This document shows positions 26,928-37,354 of a stretch of DNA of 64,000 nt, piece by piece. The notes beneath the pieces are model-generated. The model made no database searches, had not been told where the DNA came from, and saw nothing but the letters and a program-made list of their open reading frames with translations. Made by a program: the position numbers and the translations under genes. The stretch is from contig JBFWNU010000001.1 of NCBI GenBank assembly GCA_050250895.1, positions 1,128,008 to 1,192,007 of the forward strand, given 5' to 3'. Position 1 is the first letter of the stretch. Every line of letters begins with the position of its first letter. Origin of the DNA: Vulcanimicrobiota bacterium (GTDB lineage Bacteria; Vulcanimicrobiota; Xenobia; Xenobiales; JADMJV01).

Positions 26928-29900
26928 TTAGAAACGGACCGCGAGTAGTGAAAAGTCGTCGGTGATACGCTCGCGCGTGAATTTGCGGATGCGTGTATAG
27001 AGGCGGTTCACCAGGCGCTGGGCTGAATTGCCGGTGTGCTCTTTGAGCACCTCGAAGACACGCTCCAGGCCGAAGAACTCACCCGATGGGCTACGCGCCT
27101 CGGTCAGGCCGTCGGTGTAGAGCAAAATCCAGGCATCCTTCGGGACTTCGATAGTACCCTGTTCGAAGGTGGCTCCGTCGAGAGCGCCCAGTACGATGCC
27201 ATCGGCTCGGAGAAGAACCGGCTCTTGCGCTCCGGGAACCCAGAAGATGGGGGGCTCGTGGCCGGCACAAGCAAAGGTCAGCGTGCGGGCGTCGAGGTCT
27301 GCCTCAGCATAGAAGACGGTGACCTGGCGGGCCATGTCAGAGTCGGACAGATGCCGATTGAGCATCTCGAGGATCTTTCCCGGCTCATAGTTGGCCATGG
27401 CATAGGACTTGATGACGTGTTTGGCCCGGGCCGTCTGGATGGCCGCATCCGGGCCCTTACCCGAGACATCGGCGATCACCAGGGCGCAGCGCCGCGGACC
27501 CAGAGGGATCAGATCGTAATAGTCGCCAGATAGGTCCATGGAGGGGATGAATCGATGGCCCACGGTTAGGCCGGGAAAGTCCAGCCGTTCTTTGGGAATA
27601 AGAGCACCTCGCAGCAGCTCGGTGACCCTCTCCTTGTCGGCGTAGAGCCTGGCGTTCTCGATGGCCACCGCCGCCTGGCTACCCATGGCGGTCAAAAGAT
27701 TTAGTTGGGCCGGGGTGTGGGTGGTGATGTCGCGGTAATAGACGTTGACCAGTCCGATGGTTCGACCGCGGGTCTTGATGGGCACGCTCAGAATGGTTCG
27801 CAAGCCCTCGGAACGGACGGTGGCAGGAAAGCGATTGCCGTCTTCGCCGTCGCGGTCGAACAAGACCATGGGTTGGCCGGTCTTGGCCGCCAGGCCCGCC
27901 ACTCCGCGACCGACCGGGATAGGCTTGCGGTGGCGCTCGGTCTGAATGCCTTCGGCGGCCTTCAGCAGCAGATTCGAGCCTTCGAGCAGCATCAGCGAGC
28001 AAGCGTCGGCGCGCAGAATCTCGCGAACGTGATGCACGATCTCGTCGAGCACACGGTCGAGTCGCAAGGTCGAGGTCACCGCTTTGCTGACCTCGAACAG
28101 GGTGCCCAGTTCGCCCATCTTGAAGCGAATCATCCCGTGCAAGCGGGCGTTCTCGACCGCGATGGCGGCCTGGTTGGCAAAGCCCCGGAGCAACCGAATC
28201 TCTTGCTGGCGGAAGCGGATGCTGGGTTTGACGAAGCAGTTGAGCACGCCGACCATCTTCTTCTTGGCGATCAGAGGCACCGACAGCAGCCCGCCAAATC
28301 CCGAACGCTGGAGAATGTCAGGCACGATGCCCGGCTCACTACCCGGTTCTATGTAGTGGGAAAAGGCACGCTTGCGCTCGACGGCGGTCTTGGCCACCTT
28401 GGCCTGCAGCGATGGATCGAGCAACTCTTCAGGCAGTCCCACACTGGTTTCAAGGCGGAAGCTTTCTCCGATTTCGTCGAGCACCAGCAGAGCACAGGCA
28501 GAGTGCTCGAGCAGTTCGACGGCTTGATCGACGATGAGGCGTATGACCTTGGTCAGGCTCAGGGTGCCAGTGATGGCCGTGGACACCTGATAGAGGGCCT
28601 TCAGGGGACCGAGGTTCTCTTGCAGTTGCTGGATCAGGCTGGCTCGGTGGATAGCATTTGCCACCTGCAGCGAGAGGGTCATAATGCGGCGGGTGGTGGA
28701 GGGTGGGAAGTGGTGGGCCCCCCGCGACGAGTCAAGGTAGATCAAACCCAAAAGACGCTCTTGCGCGCGCAGGGGCACCATCAGGCACGAGGCTGTCGGC
28801 AACAGTGAACAGAGGCGCCCCACTCCCGAATTATCGGTGGGAGCAGAGTCAAAGACCAACGGCTTGCCCTGGTTGAGGCTTTCACGAAATTCTCCCGAGA
28901 GTTGCGATAAATGCAGGCGAAATTCATCGAAGAACTGGCGCTGGTCAGGCGAGAGGCCGGTAGCGGCCACCACCGTCAGGAAAGAACGATGGCTGTCTTT
29001 GAGCAAGATCAGGCAACGGTCGACCTCGGCGATGCGGGCCAAAACTTCGGCTGATTGCTCGAGTACCTCGTCGAGTTCCTGCCCTTCTTCGATGGTGCGA
29101 GCAGCTTGATAGAGGGCGGTGGCCTCGCGAGCCCTCTGTTGCTCCCACTCGAAGATCTGGGCGTTCTCGATAGCCATAGCGGCCTGGGTGCCGAAAGCCT
29201 CGAGCAGGCGCAGGTCCTCGATGGGCAGATCGCTACCCTCGCACCGATCCAGGCGCAAGACCGCCTTGACCCGGTCGTGTCGAGTGATGGGAAGATAGAG
29301 TTTTGAACTCGAGCCGTTACCACCCGGGATGGTGTACGCCAGGGTAGGATTCTGGGCCTCGATCAGCTGAATCCTACCACCCTCGGCTTTGGTTAGCTTC
29401 ATAGAGAGCTCGAGGATCAGCTTGAGCAGGTCTTCGAGATTGAGGGCCGAGGCCAGGGCTGCTCCCACCTGGCCAAACCACAGCTCGACCTGTCGTTGCG
29501 AGGCCCGCAACTTCTCGTCGCGCTCGTCGCACAGTTCGGCCAGGCCGCTATTTCGACAGGCTAGCACCAGTTCGCTGAGCAGGGCCTGGGCTATCGGCTC
29601 GTAGATCCGCAGGTCGGGTTGACCTGTCCACAGCAGCACCAGCACTCCGTGGCCTCCGGGCAGGGCCAGCCATAAGCCCTGACCCTGCTCGCGGGTTAGT
29701 TCGGCGCTGGTCTCGGGGCCGTCGAGCAAGCGGGTGAACTCTTGGTAGTCGCCAGGTTCGAGTCCCGTGGTCGAGGTCCAAAACAGCGGCGCCGCCGCCT
29801 TCTCGCGATAGCCGAGCACGGCCGCTTCGCATTCAAGGGCTTGCACCACCAGTTCCAGGGCTCGTTGGCCGAAACGGCTGGGGCTGAGCCCCTCCTCGAG

Positions 29901-30311
29901 TAGTTCAAGTAGCTTGAGGCCCAGGCCCTGGGGTGGGCAGGGGGCGAGCAGAGGGCGCAGGCGCTCGAGGCTGGCGGCCAACTTCGCTTCGGAGTGCTGC
30001 CCGTTGAGGTGCCCCCCGCAGACGGTGTGGCTGCCACAGCGAAAGGCAAAGCAATTGATACCGGCGTGGCACTTGCGAATCAGGGGGCCGGCTTCGACTT
30101 CCCCCTCGAGTTGTTGGTGGAACTGGGCACAGGCTTGCGGCTTGGTGGCCAAGGAGTTCAAGCAAGTCTCGGGCAGCGGCTGATCAGGAGATAGGGGGGA
30201 AAGGTAAATAGGAAAACCCACCAGGTCAGAAACGCTCTGAACGCGCTCTCTCAGGTGGCGTAGCCTGTTTGCTTTGACTTCGCTATTGGCCACGCAGCCC
30301 CCCCGCAGCAT
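26928..30311 (-). CDS. PocR-like sensor + multiple GAF domains + SpoIIE/PP2C phosphatase
   Basis: N-terminal C..FH...KCHAG (PocR-like); repeated GAF ends QAAMAIENA / QVANAIHRA / QAAIAVENA / QAAVAIENA; PP2C motifs [25 protein letters not shown]. Confidence 0.88.
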   Translation of the reverse strand: MLRGGCVANSEVKANRLRHLRERVQSVSDLVGFPIYLSPLSPDQPLPETCLNSLATKPQACAQFHQQLEGEVEAGPLIRKCHAGINCFAFRCGSHTVCGGHLNGQHSEAKLAASLERLRPLLAPCPPQGLGLKLLELLEEGLSPSRFGQRALELVVQALECEAAVLGYREKAAAPLFWTSTTGLEPGDYQEFTRLLDGPETSAELTREQGQGLWLALPGGHGVLVLLWTGQPDLRIYEPIAQALLSELVLACRNSGLAELCDERDEKLRASQRQVELWFGQVGAALASALNLEDLLKLILELSMKLTKAEGGRIQLIEAQNPTLAYTIPGGNGSSSKLYLPITRHDRVKAVLRLDRCEGSDLPIEDLRLLEAFGTQAAMAIENAQIFEWEQQRAREATALYQAARTIEEGQELDEVLEQSAEVLARIAEVDRCLILLKDSHRSFLTVVAATGLSPDQRQFFDEFRLHLSQLSGEFRESLNQGKPLVFDSAPTDNSGVGRLCSLLPTASCLMVPLRAQERLLGLIYLDSSRGAHHFPPSTTRRIMTLSLQVANAIHRASLIQQLQENLGPLKALYQVSTAITGTLSLTKVIRLIVDQAVELLEHSACALLVLDEIGESFRLETSVGLPEELLDPSLQAKVAKTAVERKRAFSHYIEPGSEPGIVPDILQRSGFGGLLSVPLIAKKKMVGVLNCFVKPSIRFRQQEIRLLRGFANQAAIAVENARLHGMIRFKMGELGTLFEVSKAVTSTLRLDRVLDEIVHHVREILRADACSLMLLEGSNLLLKAAEGIQTERHRKPIPVGRGVAGLAAKTGQPMVLFDRDGEDGNRFPATVRSEGLRTILSVPIKTRGRTIGLVNVYYRDITTHTPAQLNLLTAMGSQAAVAIENARLYADKERVTELLRGALIPKERLDFPGLTVGHRFIPSMDLSGDYYDLIPLGPRRCALVIADVSGKGPDAAIQTARAKHVIKSYAMANYEPGKILEMLNRHLSDSDMARQVTVFYAEADLDARTLTFACAGHEPPIFWVPGAQEPVLLRADGIVLGALDGATFEQGTIEVPKDAWILLYTDGLTEARSPSGEFFGLERVFEVLKEHTGNSAQRLVNRLYTRIRKFTRERITDDFSLLAVRF

Positions 30312-30475
30312 CGATCAGATTGGGGAGTTCCCTAATTGATGACCCCGCGATAGTGAAGAAGAATCTGTATGAACTTCGAATTGTCTACAAGAATGATGTC
30401 TTGTTTCATATCAGAACCGCTTTACCCCGCCGAAAAAGACCATTATATCTTATCATTGTGGCTCCCGGCCGTCAA

Positions 30476-30781
30476 TCAGAGTTCGCTAAAAGAGAGGCTC
30501 CAGTAGCGTTCGGAGTCCATGACCGAGGGATAGTGAATGAGCGCCATATTGACCAGCACTTCATATTCCAGCAGTGTTTTGGTCAACAAGGTGTGGGTTT
30601 TGTCGTCGAGAGTCGGCTCGAGGTCTCGGAGCATTTCGACAATCCGGGTCTCTTGCTCCAAAATCTCGTCGGCCGTGATCTCGCCGTCTTCGATGTACTT
30701 TTGCCAACCGGCGTGATGTTCGAGGAACTCGTCTCGGTGAAGATCAAAGCCCTTGCCATCGAACCATCCGTCCCGACCCAT
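30476..30781 (-). CDS. Small acidic helical hypothetical protein
   Basis: ORF with coding-like codon use: W..YIEDGEITADEI..QE.R...LEP.LDD.TH..LT..L.E. Confidence 0.6.
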   Translation of the reverse strand: MGRDGWFDGKGFDLHRDEFLEHHAGWQKYIEDGEITADEILEQETRIVEMLRDLEPTLDDKTHTLLTKTLLEYEVLVNMALIHYPSVMDSERYWSLSFSEL

Positions 30782-30873
30782 ACTCGCCTCCAGTCCTGGC
30801 CACAACGCTTTGACATCAGGTCGAATCTCCCTTTTACGGAGGGGCCTTCCCGGCCGGTGCTAAATTAAGCCAG

Positions 30874-31425
30874 GTGACCGGTCCGGCTGAGGAGAGGCTC
30901 AGGCTCAAACGCAGCACGGCAGCAGCGATGCTGGTCACTTTGACCTGTCTGGTGCAGGTGCTCAGCCCCCCCGGCTCCGCCCTTAAACTCACCGGATTTC
31001 CCATTATCTTGTCAGGATTCTTGTTGGGGCCTGGCTACGGCGCCATGGTGGGGGCCGTGAGCGATATTCTCGGTTACCTGCTTTATCCAGCCGGCCCGTT
31101 CTTTCCCGGGTTCACCCTGACCCAGGCCCTGACCGGGGCACTACCGGCAGCCATCTTTGGACGGCGCGAGATTCACAAGCTGGGTTGGAAGGCGCTGCCC
31201 TGGCTATTGTTGGCCATTGCCGTCGGCCAACTGGTCACCTCGGTGCTGATGGTGAGCGGATTTTTGTATTGGCTGTATGAACTGCCCTTCTGGGCGCAGG
31301 CGACTTATCGTGGGCTCGCCCAGTTGGTTCACGTGCCTCTTTATGCCTGGCTTGCCTGGAAGGTGCTCGACAGTCTCGAAGCGGACCCCCGGGTGGCCGG
31401 TGAGTTGGCCCGGCTCAGACCCTGA
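30874..31425 (+). CDS. ECF transporter S component, folate (FolT-like)
   Basis: AAML..L, PIILSGFLLGP.YG..VG..SDILG, GPFFPGFTL; about six TM helices. Confidence 0.8.
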   Translation: MTGPAEERLRLKRSTAAAMLVTLTCLVQVLSPPGSALKLTGFPIILSGFLLGPGYGAMVGAVSDILGYLLYPAGPFFPGFTLTQALTGALPAAIFGRREIHKLGWKALPWLLLAIAVGQLVTSVLMVSGFLYWLYELPFWAQATYRGLAQLVHVPLYAWLAWKVLDSLEADPRVAGELARLRP

Positions 31426-32347
31426 CTCGAACGATGTAGTCTCGGATGGCCTCGAGTTGACGGGGCGCGATGGTGGCCGGCAGGGGGTCGCCCGGGGCCA
31501 CCAGATCAAACCGCGAGTGGACGACGTCCCCCACGTGGCGTTGGAGCTCGAGGAACGACATCGTCGGCAGGCGGGTTTCGTCGAGCCCACCCATCAGGCG
31601 CCCCGGCCAATAGAGGGCAACCTTTTCCAGGCTTGGGCCGGTGGCCGTCGACCATTGCAAGAACTCGGCCGGCAGCCCCATCAGGGGCTTGAGATACAAG
31701 CGCGACCCCCGGACGTGCAGGATGCGGAACTCGGCTCCCGAGGCCGCCTCGAGCAGCTGTTGATCATAGGGGAGGCCCAGCTCGCTGTACTCCTCGGGAG
31801 TCATCAGGTCGTGGCTGGGACCCTCGAGCTCGAAGGCGACAGCCGTGGCTCCGGCCTCGATGATGGCCCGGGTGTAGTTGGTCAGGCAGGCTGTGATGGC
31901 TTGCAGGGCGTGGGTCAGATAAGAGGGGTGCTCTCGTCCGCTTTTGCGAGCCAGTTCGAAAGCCCCTAACCGGCGTAGCACCGACCACGGGTTGGGAATG
32001 CTCTCGCAGGCGAAGAGCTTCGTGCCGGCCAGGCGACGGATCTCTTCAAAGGCCACCACCCGGGGTAGCCAGGTCCTGGCCTGTCCCGAGACCTCCTCGA
32101 TGCGGGTCAGATCGTGGGGACGATCCAAACTCAACTGGGGCGGCAGAGGAAATGCGTCCTGACTGGCCAGGCGCAGGATATCCACCTGATAGGCAGCCGC
32201 AAAAGCCAGGCCGGCAGCCGCTAAAGACTCGCCGGGCATGTGGGCCAGACCCAACGGATGCCAGAGCATGAAAGCTGCTCGGTCGGGCCTCTCGCCAGCC
32301 AGAATGGCCCGAACTCGGGCCAGTTTGGTCAGGCCGTCCCGTGACAC
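31415..32347 (-). CDS. Uroporphyrinogen decarboxylase-family protein (divergent)
   Basis: [13 protein letters not shown]...WH, PWS, IEAGA, ILHVRG, LMGGLDE, APG. Confidence 0.7.
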   Translation of the reverse strand: MSRDGLTKLARVRAILAGERPDRAAFMLWHPLGLAHMPGESLAAAGLAFAAAYQVDILRLASQDAFPLPPQLSLDRPHDLTRIEEVSGQARTWLPRVVAFEEIRRLAGTKLFACESIPNPWSVLRRLGAFELARKSGREHPSYLTHALQAITACLTNYTRAIIEAGATAVAFELEGPSHDLMTPEEYSELGLPYDQQLLEAASGAEFRILHVRGSRLYLKPLMGLPAEFLQWSTATGPSLEKVALYWPGRLMGGLDETRLPTMSFLELQRHVGDVVHSRFDLVAPGDPLPATIAPRQLEAIRDYIVRVRV

Positions 32348-33588
32348 TTCTTGAACTTCTTACCGCTGCCGCAGGGGCAGGGCTCGTTGCGCCCGACCTT
32401 GGTGTTGAAGAAGGGGTTGATCGACTCCAGAGCTTGCTTGAAAAGCGGGTTGTTCGGGTCCATCCCGGCTGCTCTTTTGAAGCACCGATTGGCCTCGTCC
32501 TTTTCCTCTCGGGCCAGATGGACCCAGCCCAGACAGAAATGGGGGTAGGGAAGGTTGCGGTCGAGATCGTGGCCCTTTTGAGCCTCGGCCAGGGCCTGGT
32601 CCATTTTACCCTGCTGCACCAATACGGCCGCTCGATTGAGGTGGGTGATGCCGATCTTGTGGGCGTCTTCCACGACCACGTAAGGGTCGAACCCTTCTTT
32701 CGGCTCGCGCAGGGCCAGCACCACCACTTCGACGGCGCGCCCTTCAGGAAATTGCTCGAACAGCTCCTGAGCCTTTTCAAGGTTCTCGAGAGCCGCTTTA
32801 GCTTCGTGCTGGAGCGCCGACACGATGCCGAGGTTCAGATAAAGTAAAGCGGCGTTGTCGTCGCGGGCTTCGCGCTTTTCGAGATCAGCCCGACCTTGCT
32901 CGAGAGCCGACTGGGCTTCGTCGAAACGACCTTCGACCAGCTCGAGAAAACCGGTGTTGTTGTGCAGCAGATAATGGTCAAGCTGATCCTCTTCGAAAGA
33001 TTTCTTATAGACATCCAGGGCCCCCTGACTGCCTTTGCTGCGATAGGCCAGCAGCCCGATGTTGGTAATGCAGGCGACCACGCCTTCTTCGTCTTGGATC
33101 TCTTCGAACAGGGCCTTGGACTGGTTGAAAGACTCTTCGGCTTCGCTGTCCTGGCCCAGGTCGCTCTGAATACTGCCGATGTCGCGCAGACAGCGCGCCT
33201 GGCCGGGCTTGTCGTCGATCTCTTGCCAGAATTTGAGCGAGCGTTGATAAAGCTCGAGCGAGTTGCGATGCTCGTTCTTCTTGTAGGCGGCGGTGCCCAG
33301 TTGCTCATAGCTGCGCGCCTGACCGATGGCGTCCTGGGCCGCTTCAGCCATGCGCAGCGACTTGCGAGCGTGGGGCAAGGCTTCGCCGGCCCGGTTGAGT
33401 TGATTGAAACACAGACCCAGCGTGTAGTGCAGGTCCTCGACATCCTTGTCGGGTGCCCCTTCGGTCTTATCTTTACGGGCCGCCGTCAACAGGTCGACAG
33501 CTTCTTGATACTTGCCCTCGTCGATGTGTGCGCGGGCGGCCTGGACGCTCTCGGCCAGGGGATGAACAGCGGTTTCCAACGTCTCCAT
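32329..33588 (-). CDS. TPR protein with C-terminal SEC-C metal-binding motif
   Basis: Multiple TPR/MalT-like repeats; ends [21 protein letters not shown]. Confidence 0.88.
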   Translation of the reverse strand: METLETAVHPLAESVQAARAHIDEGKYQEAVDLLTAARKDKTEGAPDKDVEDLHYTLGLCFNQLNRAGEALPHARKSLRMAEAAQDAIGQARSYEQLGTAAYKKNEHRNSLELYQRSLKFWQEIDDKPGQARCLRDIGSIQSDLGQDSEAEESFNQSKALFEEIQDEEGVVACITNIGLLAYRSKGSQGALDVYKKSFEEDQLDHYLLHNNTGFLELVEGRFDEAQSALEQGRADLEKREARDDNAALLYLNLGIVSALQHEAKAALENLEKAQELFEQFPEGRAVEVVVLALREPKEGFDPYVVVEDAHKIGITHLNRAAVLVQQGKMDQALAEAQKGHDLDRNLPYPHFCLGWVHLAREEKDEANRCFKRAAGMDPNNPLFKQALESINPFFNTKVGRNEPCPCGSGKKFKKCHGTA

Positions 33589-33707
33589 ATCCTCTCGGGT
33601 GCGAATTGCCCTCGCATATTCTGTCTAGGAGTGCGAGAGGTCCTTCCAGGGAAGGTAATTGGTATCAGAAGAAGAAGCGCGACCGCGATGAGCGATTGGA
33701 GTGAGGT

Positions 33708-35813
33708 TTGATGCAGACTCAGACAGCCCGGAGAACGAAGTTGAAGACAGAACAGCTCAAACAAGCCTACCGGCTGATGTATCAGGCCCGTCGCATTGAC
33801 GATCGCGAGATCACCATGAAGCGCCAGAACAAGGTGTTTTTTCAGATCAGCGGGGCCGGTCATGAGGCGCCGCAGGTGGCCGCCGGAATGGTGCTCAAAG
33901 CCGGCTACGATTGGTTTTATCCTTACTATCGCGATCGCGCTCTGTGCTTGACTCTCGGAGTCACGCCCTATGAGATGTTTTTGGCCTCGGTGGGCGCTGA
34001 GGACGATCCGGCTTCGGGGGGCCGCCAAATGCCGTCCCATTGGGGTCACAAGGACTACAACATCGTCACCTCGTCGAGCCCCACCGGCACCCAATTCCTG
34101 CAGGCGGTCGGTTGTGTCGAGGCCGGGCTTTTCATCGATCAGCATCGGGGCGAACTCAAGTTGCCTTTCGAGAAAGACGAAGTGGCGCTGGTTTGCACCG
34201 GCGACGGCACGACCAGCCAGGGCGAGTTCTGGGAGGCGCTCAACACCAGTTGCAGCAACAAGTTTCCCGTCATCTTTCTAGTCGAGGACAACGGCTACGC
34301 CATCTCGGTGCCGGTCGAGGTCCAGACAGCCGGTGGGAGCATCAGCCGGCTGGTCAAGGATTGGCCCGATCTGCATCACGAAGAGGTGGACGGCTGCAAC
34401 TTCGTCGAGTGCCACCAGGCTTTCGAGCGGGCCGCCGCCCATTGCCGTGCCCGCCAAGGGCCAGCCCTGATCCATGCCCATGTGGTGCGGCCTTACTCGC
34501 ACTCGATGTCTGACGACGAGTCGATGTATCGGCCCGAGAAAGAGCGTCAACAAGACGAAGAGCGCGATCCCATTACCACCATGGCTGCCTGGCTCGTCAA
34601 GGAGAAGCACGCGACCGAGAAAGAACTCGAACAGTTGCGCGCCGAGGTGGACCAGCAAGTCAAGGCGGCGGCCGAGCAGGCCGAGGTTCGGCCGCAACCG
34701 GACGTGGCAAAGGTCTATGCCCATGTCTATTCGAGCGAGTTCGACCCGACCGATCGCAAACTCGCGACTCAGCCTGACTTTGACGGCACGGCGACCACCA
34801 TGGTCGACCTCATCAACGCCTGTCTGCGTGACGAGATGGCCCGGGATCCTCGCATCCGTGTTTTTGGTGAAGACGTGGCCGATGCCACTCGAGTCGAAGT
34901 GTTGGGCGAGTGCAAAGGGAAAGGTGGCGTCTTCAAGGTGACCCACGGGCTCCAGACTCGTTATGGCGCCGACCGGGTTTTCAACTCGCCTCTGGCCGAG
35001 GCCAACATCGTGGGCCGGGCCATCGGAATGGCCACCCGCGGGCTCAAGCCGGTGGCCGAGATCCAGTTTTTCGACTACATCTGGCCGGCCATGGAACAGT
35101 TACGCAACGAGCTGGCCACGGTCCGCTGGCGCTCGCACGGCGCTTTTAAATGCCCGGCCGTCATCCGGGTGCCCATCGGAGGTTACCTGCGCGGGGGCGG
35201 CCCCTACCACTCTCAGTCGGGCGAGGTTCTCTTCACCCACACCCCGGGTGTCCATGTGGTGATGCCGAGCAACGCCGAGGATGCCAACGGTCTGTTGCGC
35301 ACTGCTTTGCGTTGCGATGATCCGGTGATGTTTCTCGAGCACAAGCATCTTTACCGCCAGACCCACAACAAGGGACGCTACCCGGGCCCCGACTACTGCA
35401 TCCCGTTCGGGCAGGCCAACAAGGTGCGCGAAGGCGACGCCCTCACCGTAATCACTTACGGAGCTCTGGTCCATCGCAGCCTGGTGGCGGCTAAAGAGCT
35501 CTCGAGCAAGCACGGGGTGGAAGTCGAGATTCTCGATCTGCGTTCGCTGTCTCCCTACGATTGGGAGGCGATTGCCGAATCGGTCCAACGCACCAACAAG
35601 GCCCTGGTGGCCCACGAAGACTGCCTGTCCTGGGGCTACGGTGCCGAGATCGCGGCTCGCATCAGCGACGAACTCTTCGAGTATCTAGACGGCCCGGTCC
35701 GGCGAGTGGGGGCGACCGACACCTTCGTGGGCTACGCCCCTCAACTCGAAGAGGTCACCCTGCCCACTCCGGTCAGCCTGGCCGAGGCGATGCTCAAGCT
35801 GGTTCGCTACTGA
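33708..35813 (+). CDS. Fused 2-oxoacid (likely branched-chain) dehydrogenase E1 alpha/beta
   Basis: [22 protein letters not shown] motif GDG..EDN, SHSMSDD, FGEDVA, PLAEANI, EIQFFDY, YHSQ, FLEHK. Confidence 0.92.
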   Translation: MMQTQTARRTKLKTEQLKQAYRLMYQARRIDDREITMKRQNKVFFQISGAGHEAPQVAAGMVLKAGYDWFYPYYRDRALCLTLGVTPYEMFLASVGAEDDPASGGRQMPSHWGHKDYNIVTSSSPTGTQFLQAVGCVEAGLFIDQHRGELKLPFEKDEVALVCTGDGTTSQGEFWEALNTSCSNKFPVIFLVEDNGYAISVPVEVQTAGGSISRLVKDWPDLHHEEVDGCNFVECHQAFERAAAHCRARQGPALIHAHVVRPYSHSMSDDESMYRPEKERQQDEERDPITTMAAWLVKEKHATEKELEQLRAEVDQQVKAAAEQAEVRPQPDVAKVYAHVYSSEFDPTDRKLATQPDFDGTATTMVDLINACLRDEMARDPRIRVFGEDVADATRVEVLGECKGKGGVFKVTHGLQTRYGADRVFNSPLAEANIVGRAIGMATRGLKPVAEIQFFDYIWPAMEQLRNELATVRWRSHGAFKCPAVIRVPIGGYLRGGGPYHSQSGEVLFTHTPGVHVVMPSNAEDANGLLRTALRCDDPVMFLEHKHLYRQTHNKGRYPGPDYCIPFGQANKVREGDALTVITYGALVHRSLVAAKELSSKHGVEVEILDLRSLSPYDWEAIAESVQRTNKALVAHEDCLSWGYGAEIAARISDELFEYLDGPVRRVGATDTFVGYAPQLEEVTLPTPVSLAEAMLKLVRY

Positions 35814-36198
35814 GCGGAGTCTGCTGATACTGCGGCCGCCCGTCGGCGATGTCGTAATAGTCGCCCTTGTTGGCCACGAAGATGTGCAGGTGGATGTGGG
35901 TGTTTGTGGGAGCTTCGAAGGCCCCCATGGCGATGCCCAGAAAATCGTGGTGAACGGGCTCCCAGAACAACGATGAGCCACAGGTCGAGCAGAAGCCCCG
36001 ACGGGCTTTGTCCGAGTTCTGATACCAGCTCAGTCGTTCCTTACCGTAGATGGTGACGGCCGATTTGGGCACGTCGGTCGATACGAAGAAGTGCCCGGAG
36101 GTCTTGCGGCACTGGGTGCAGTGACAGGCATCCGGCGGTTTGAGCGGGCCGGCGACCTCGAACTGCACGGCCCCACACAGACACGACCCTCTATGCAT
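35794..36198 (-). CDS. GFA (CENP-V) family protein
   Basis: [25 protein letters not shown]. Confidence 0.92.
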   Translation of the reverse strand: MHRGSCLCGAVQFEVAGPLKPPDACHCTQCRKTSGHFFVSTDVPKSAVTIYGKERLSWYQNSDKARRGFCSTCGSSLFWEPVHHDFLGIAMGAFEAPTNTHIHLHIFVANKGDYYDIADGRPQYQQTPLSSEPA

Positions 36199-36553
36199 GC
36201 TCGCCAGCGTCGGCCCATACGGCGAGTTGATTTCCGCTGGGGTCGTAGAAGTGGAAGCGTCGCCCCCCGGGGAAGTCGAACGGCTCTCTGCAGATGGTGC
36301 CGCCAGCCTGTTTCACGGAGGCCAGGCTCTGTTCGAGGTCGGCGGAATAGAGCACGACCAGCGGGCCACCGGATTGGACTTCGCCCACGGTCAAGCCCCC
36401 CACCTCGCGGTCGCCGATGCGAATGCCGGCATAGACCGGGGCATAGTCGGTGAAAGCCCAGCCAAAAGCCTCACCATAGAAGCTCTTGGCTCTGTCCAGG
36501 TCGGAGACGGTGAATTCGATGTAATCGATACTGTGGTGAGTATGTGCGCTCAT
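36191..36553 (-). CDS. VOC/glyoxalase family protein
   Basis: IDYIEF, FYGEAFGW, FPGGRRFHFYDPSGNQLAVW; ATG at 36553. Confidence 0.9.
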   Translation of the reverse strand: MSAHTHHSIDYIEFTVSDLDRAKSFYGEAFGWAFTDYAPVYAGIRIGDREVGGLTVGEVQSGGPLVVLYSADLEQSLASVKQAGGTICREPFDFPGGRRFHFYDPSGNQLAVWADAGEHA

Positions 36554-36587
36554 GAGGCCCCTTTTGACGGTCCGGGCCAGATCTCTT

Positions 36588-37316
36588 CTAGCGCACGCCC
36601 AGCCCCACCGGCACGGCCACGAAGGCCGGAATGGCGGCCTTGAGTTTGGGATGGCGGAGAACCATCTGGGTCGAGGTGCCGCCGTCGAGGTTGAGGGCGT
36701 AGCGAGCGGCCAGGCCACCCCCGGACAGGGGCTTCCTCAAGATCTTCTGGAGTTGGGCGAAAGTGAGCCCGGGACGACTATCGCAGGCATAAAGATAGAG
36801 CAAGCCTTGCGAATCGATGGACACGCCCGTGCGGGCTCGCGGGCCGGCCTCGTGAATGCCCCCCACCGCTTGTCCCCGGTCGATCAGGCGCGGGCCACAT
36901 TGCAGCGCCAACCGCTCGGGCCCGGGACGGAAGGTATCGCGTGAGACCACTGTGGGTTTGCCCCGACCGACCAGCAGAATGCCCCCAAAAGCCGAGCCGG
37001 GATGAACATCGCTCACGATTACCTGGCCATCCTTGAGATAGCCCATCGGCTTTTGCTCGGCATCGAAATAACCGCCGTTCACCATCACCGTGGCTTGAGC
37101 GGCCTCGGCCAGCTCCCCCACGAACATGGCGGGACGCCCATAGTCGCTGGCCACAAACACCTCGAGTTGGACCTTCTGAGGGTCGAGCCGGAACTGGTGC
37201 ATGCGCACCTCGCCCAGGTCGGCGGTGCGGTAGTCGAGCCCGGTCTTGAGTGGTCGCCACTCGGCCGCCGCCCCGGACCAGCCCAGCAAGAGCATAAGGC
37301 AAAGCCACTTTCTCAT
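36588..37316 (-). CDS. Secreted phosphodiester glycosidase (NAGPA-like) family protein
   Basis: Signal peptide; VNGGYF, QCGPRL, RTGV, ALNLDGGTST. Confidence 0.85.
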   Translation of the reverse strand: MRKWLCLMLLLGWSGAAAEWRPLKTGLDYRTADLGEVRMHQFRLDPQKVQLEVFVASDYGRPAMFVGELAEAAQATVMVNGGYFDAEQKPMGYLKDGQVIVSDVHPGSAFGGILLVGRGKPTVVSRDTFRPGPERLALQCGPRLIDRGQAVGGIHEAGPRARTGVSIDSQGLLYLYACDSRPGLTFAQLQKILRKPLSGGGLAARYALNLDGGTSTQMVLRHPKLKAAIPAFVAVPVGLGVR

Positions 37317-37354
37317 CGCAGGGTTCTTCCCGAAGCCGGAGAAATCGCCTTTCG

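Noticed and set aside
30782-30873. THF riboswitch upstream of the FolT-like gene
   Set aside because: The gap is short and shared with a divergent gene; no recognisable aptamer.
33708-35813. Fusion of E1 alpha and beta as a novelty
   Set aside because: Fused E1 proteins are well known in several phyla.
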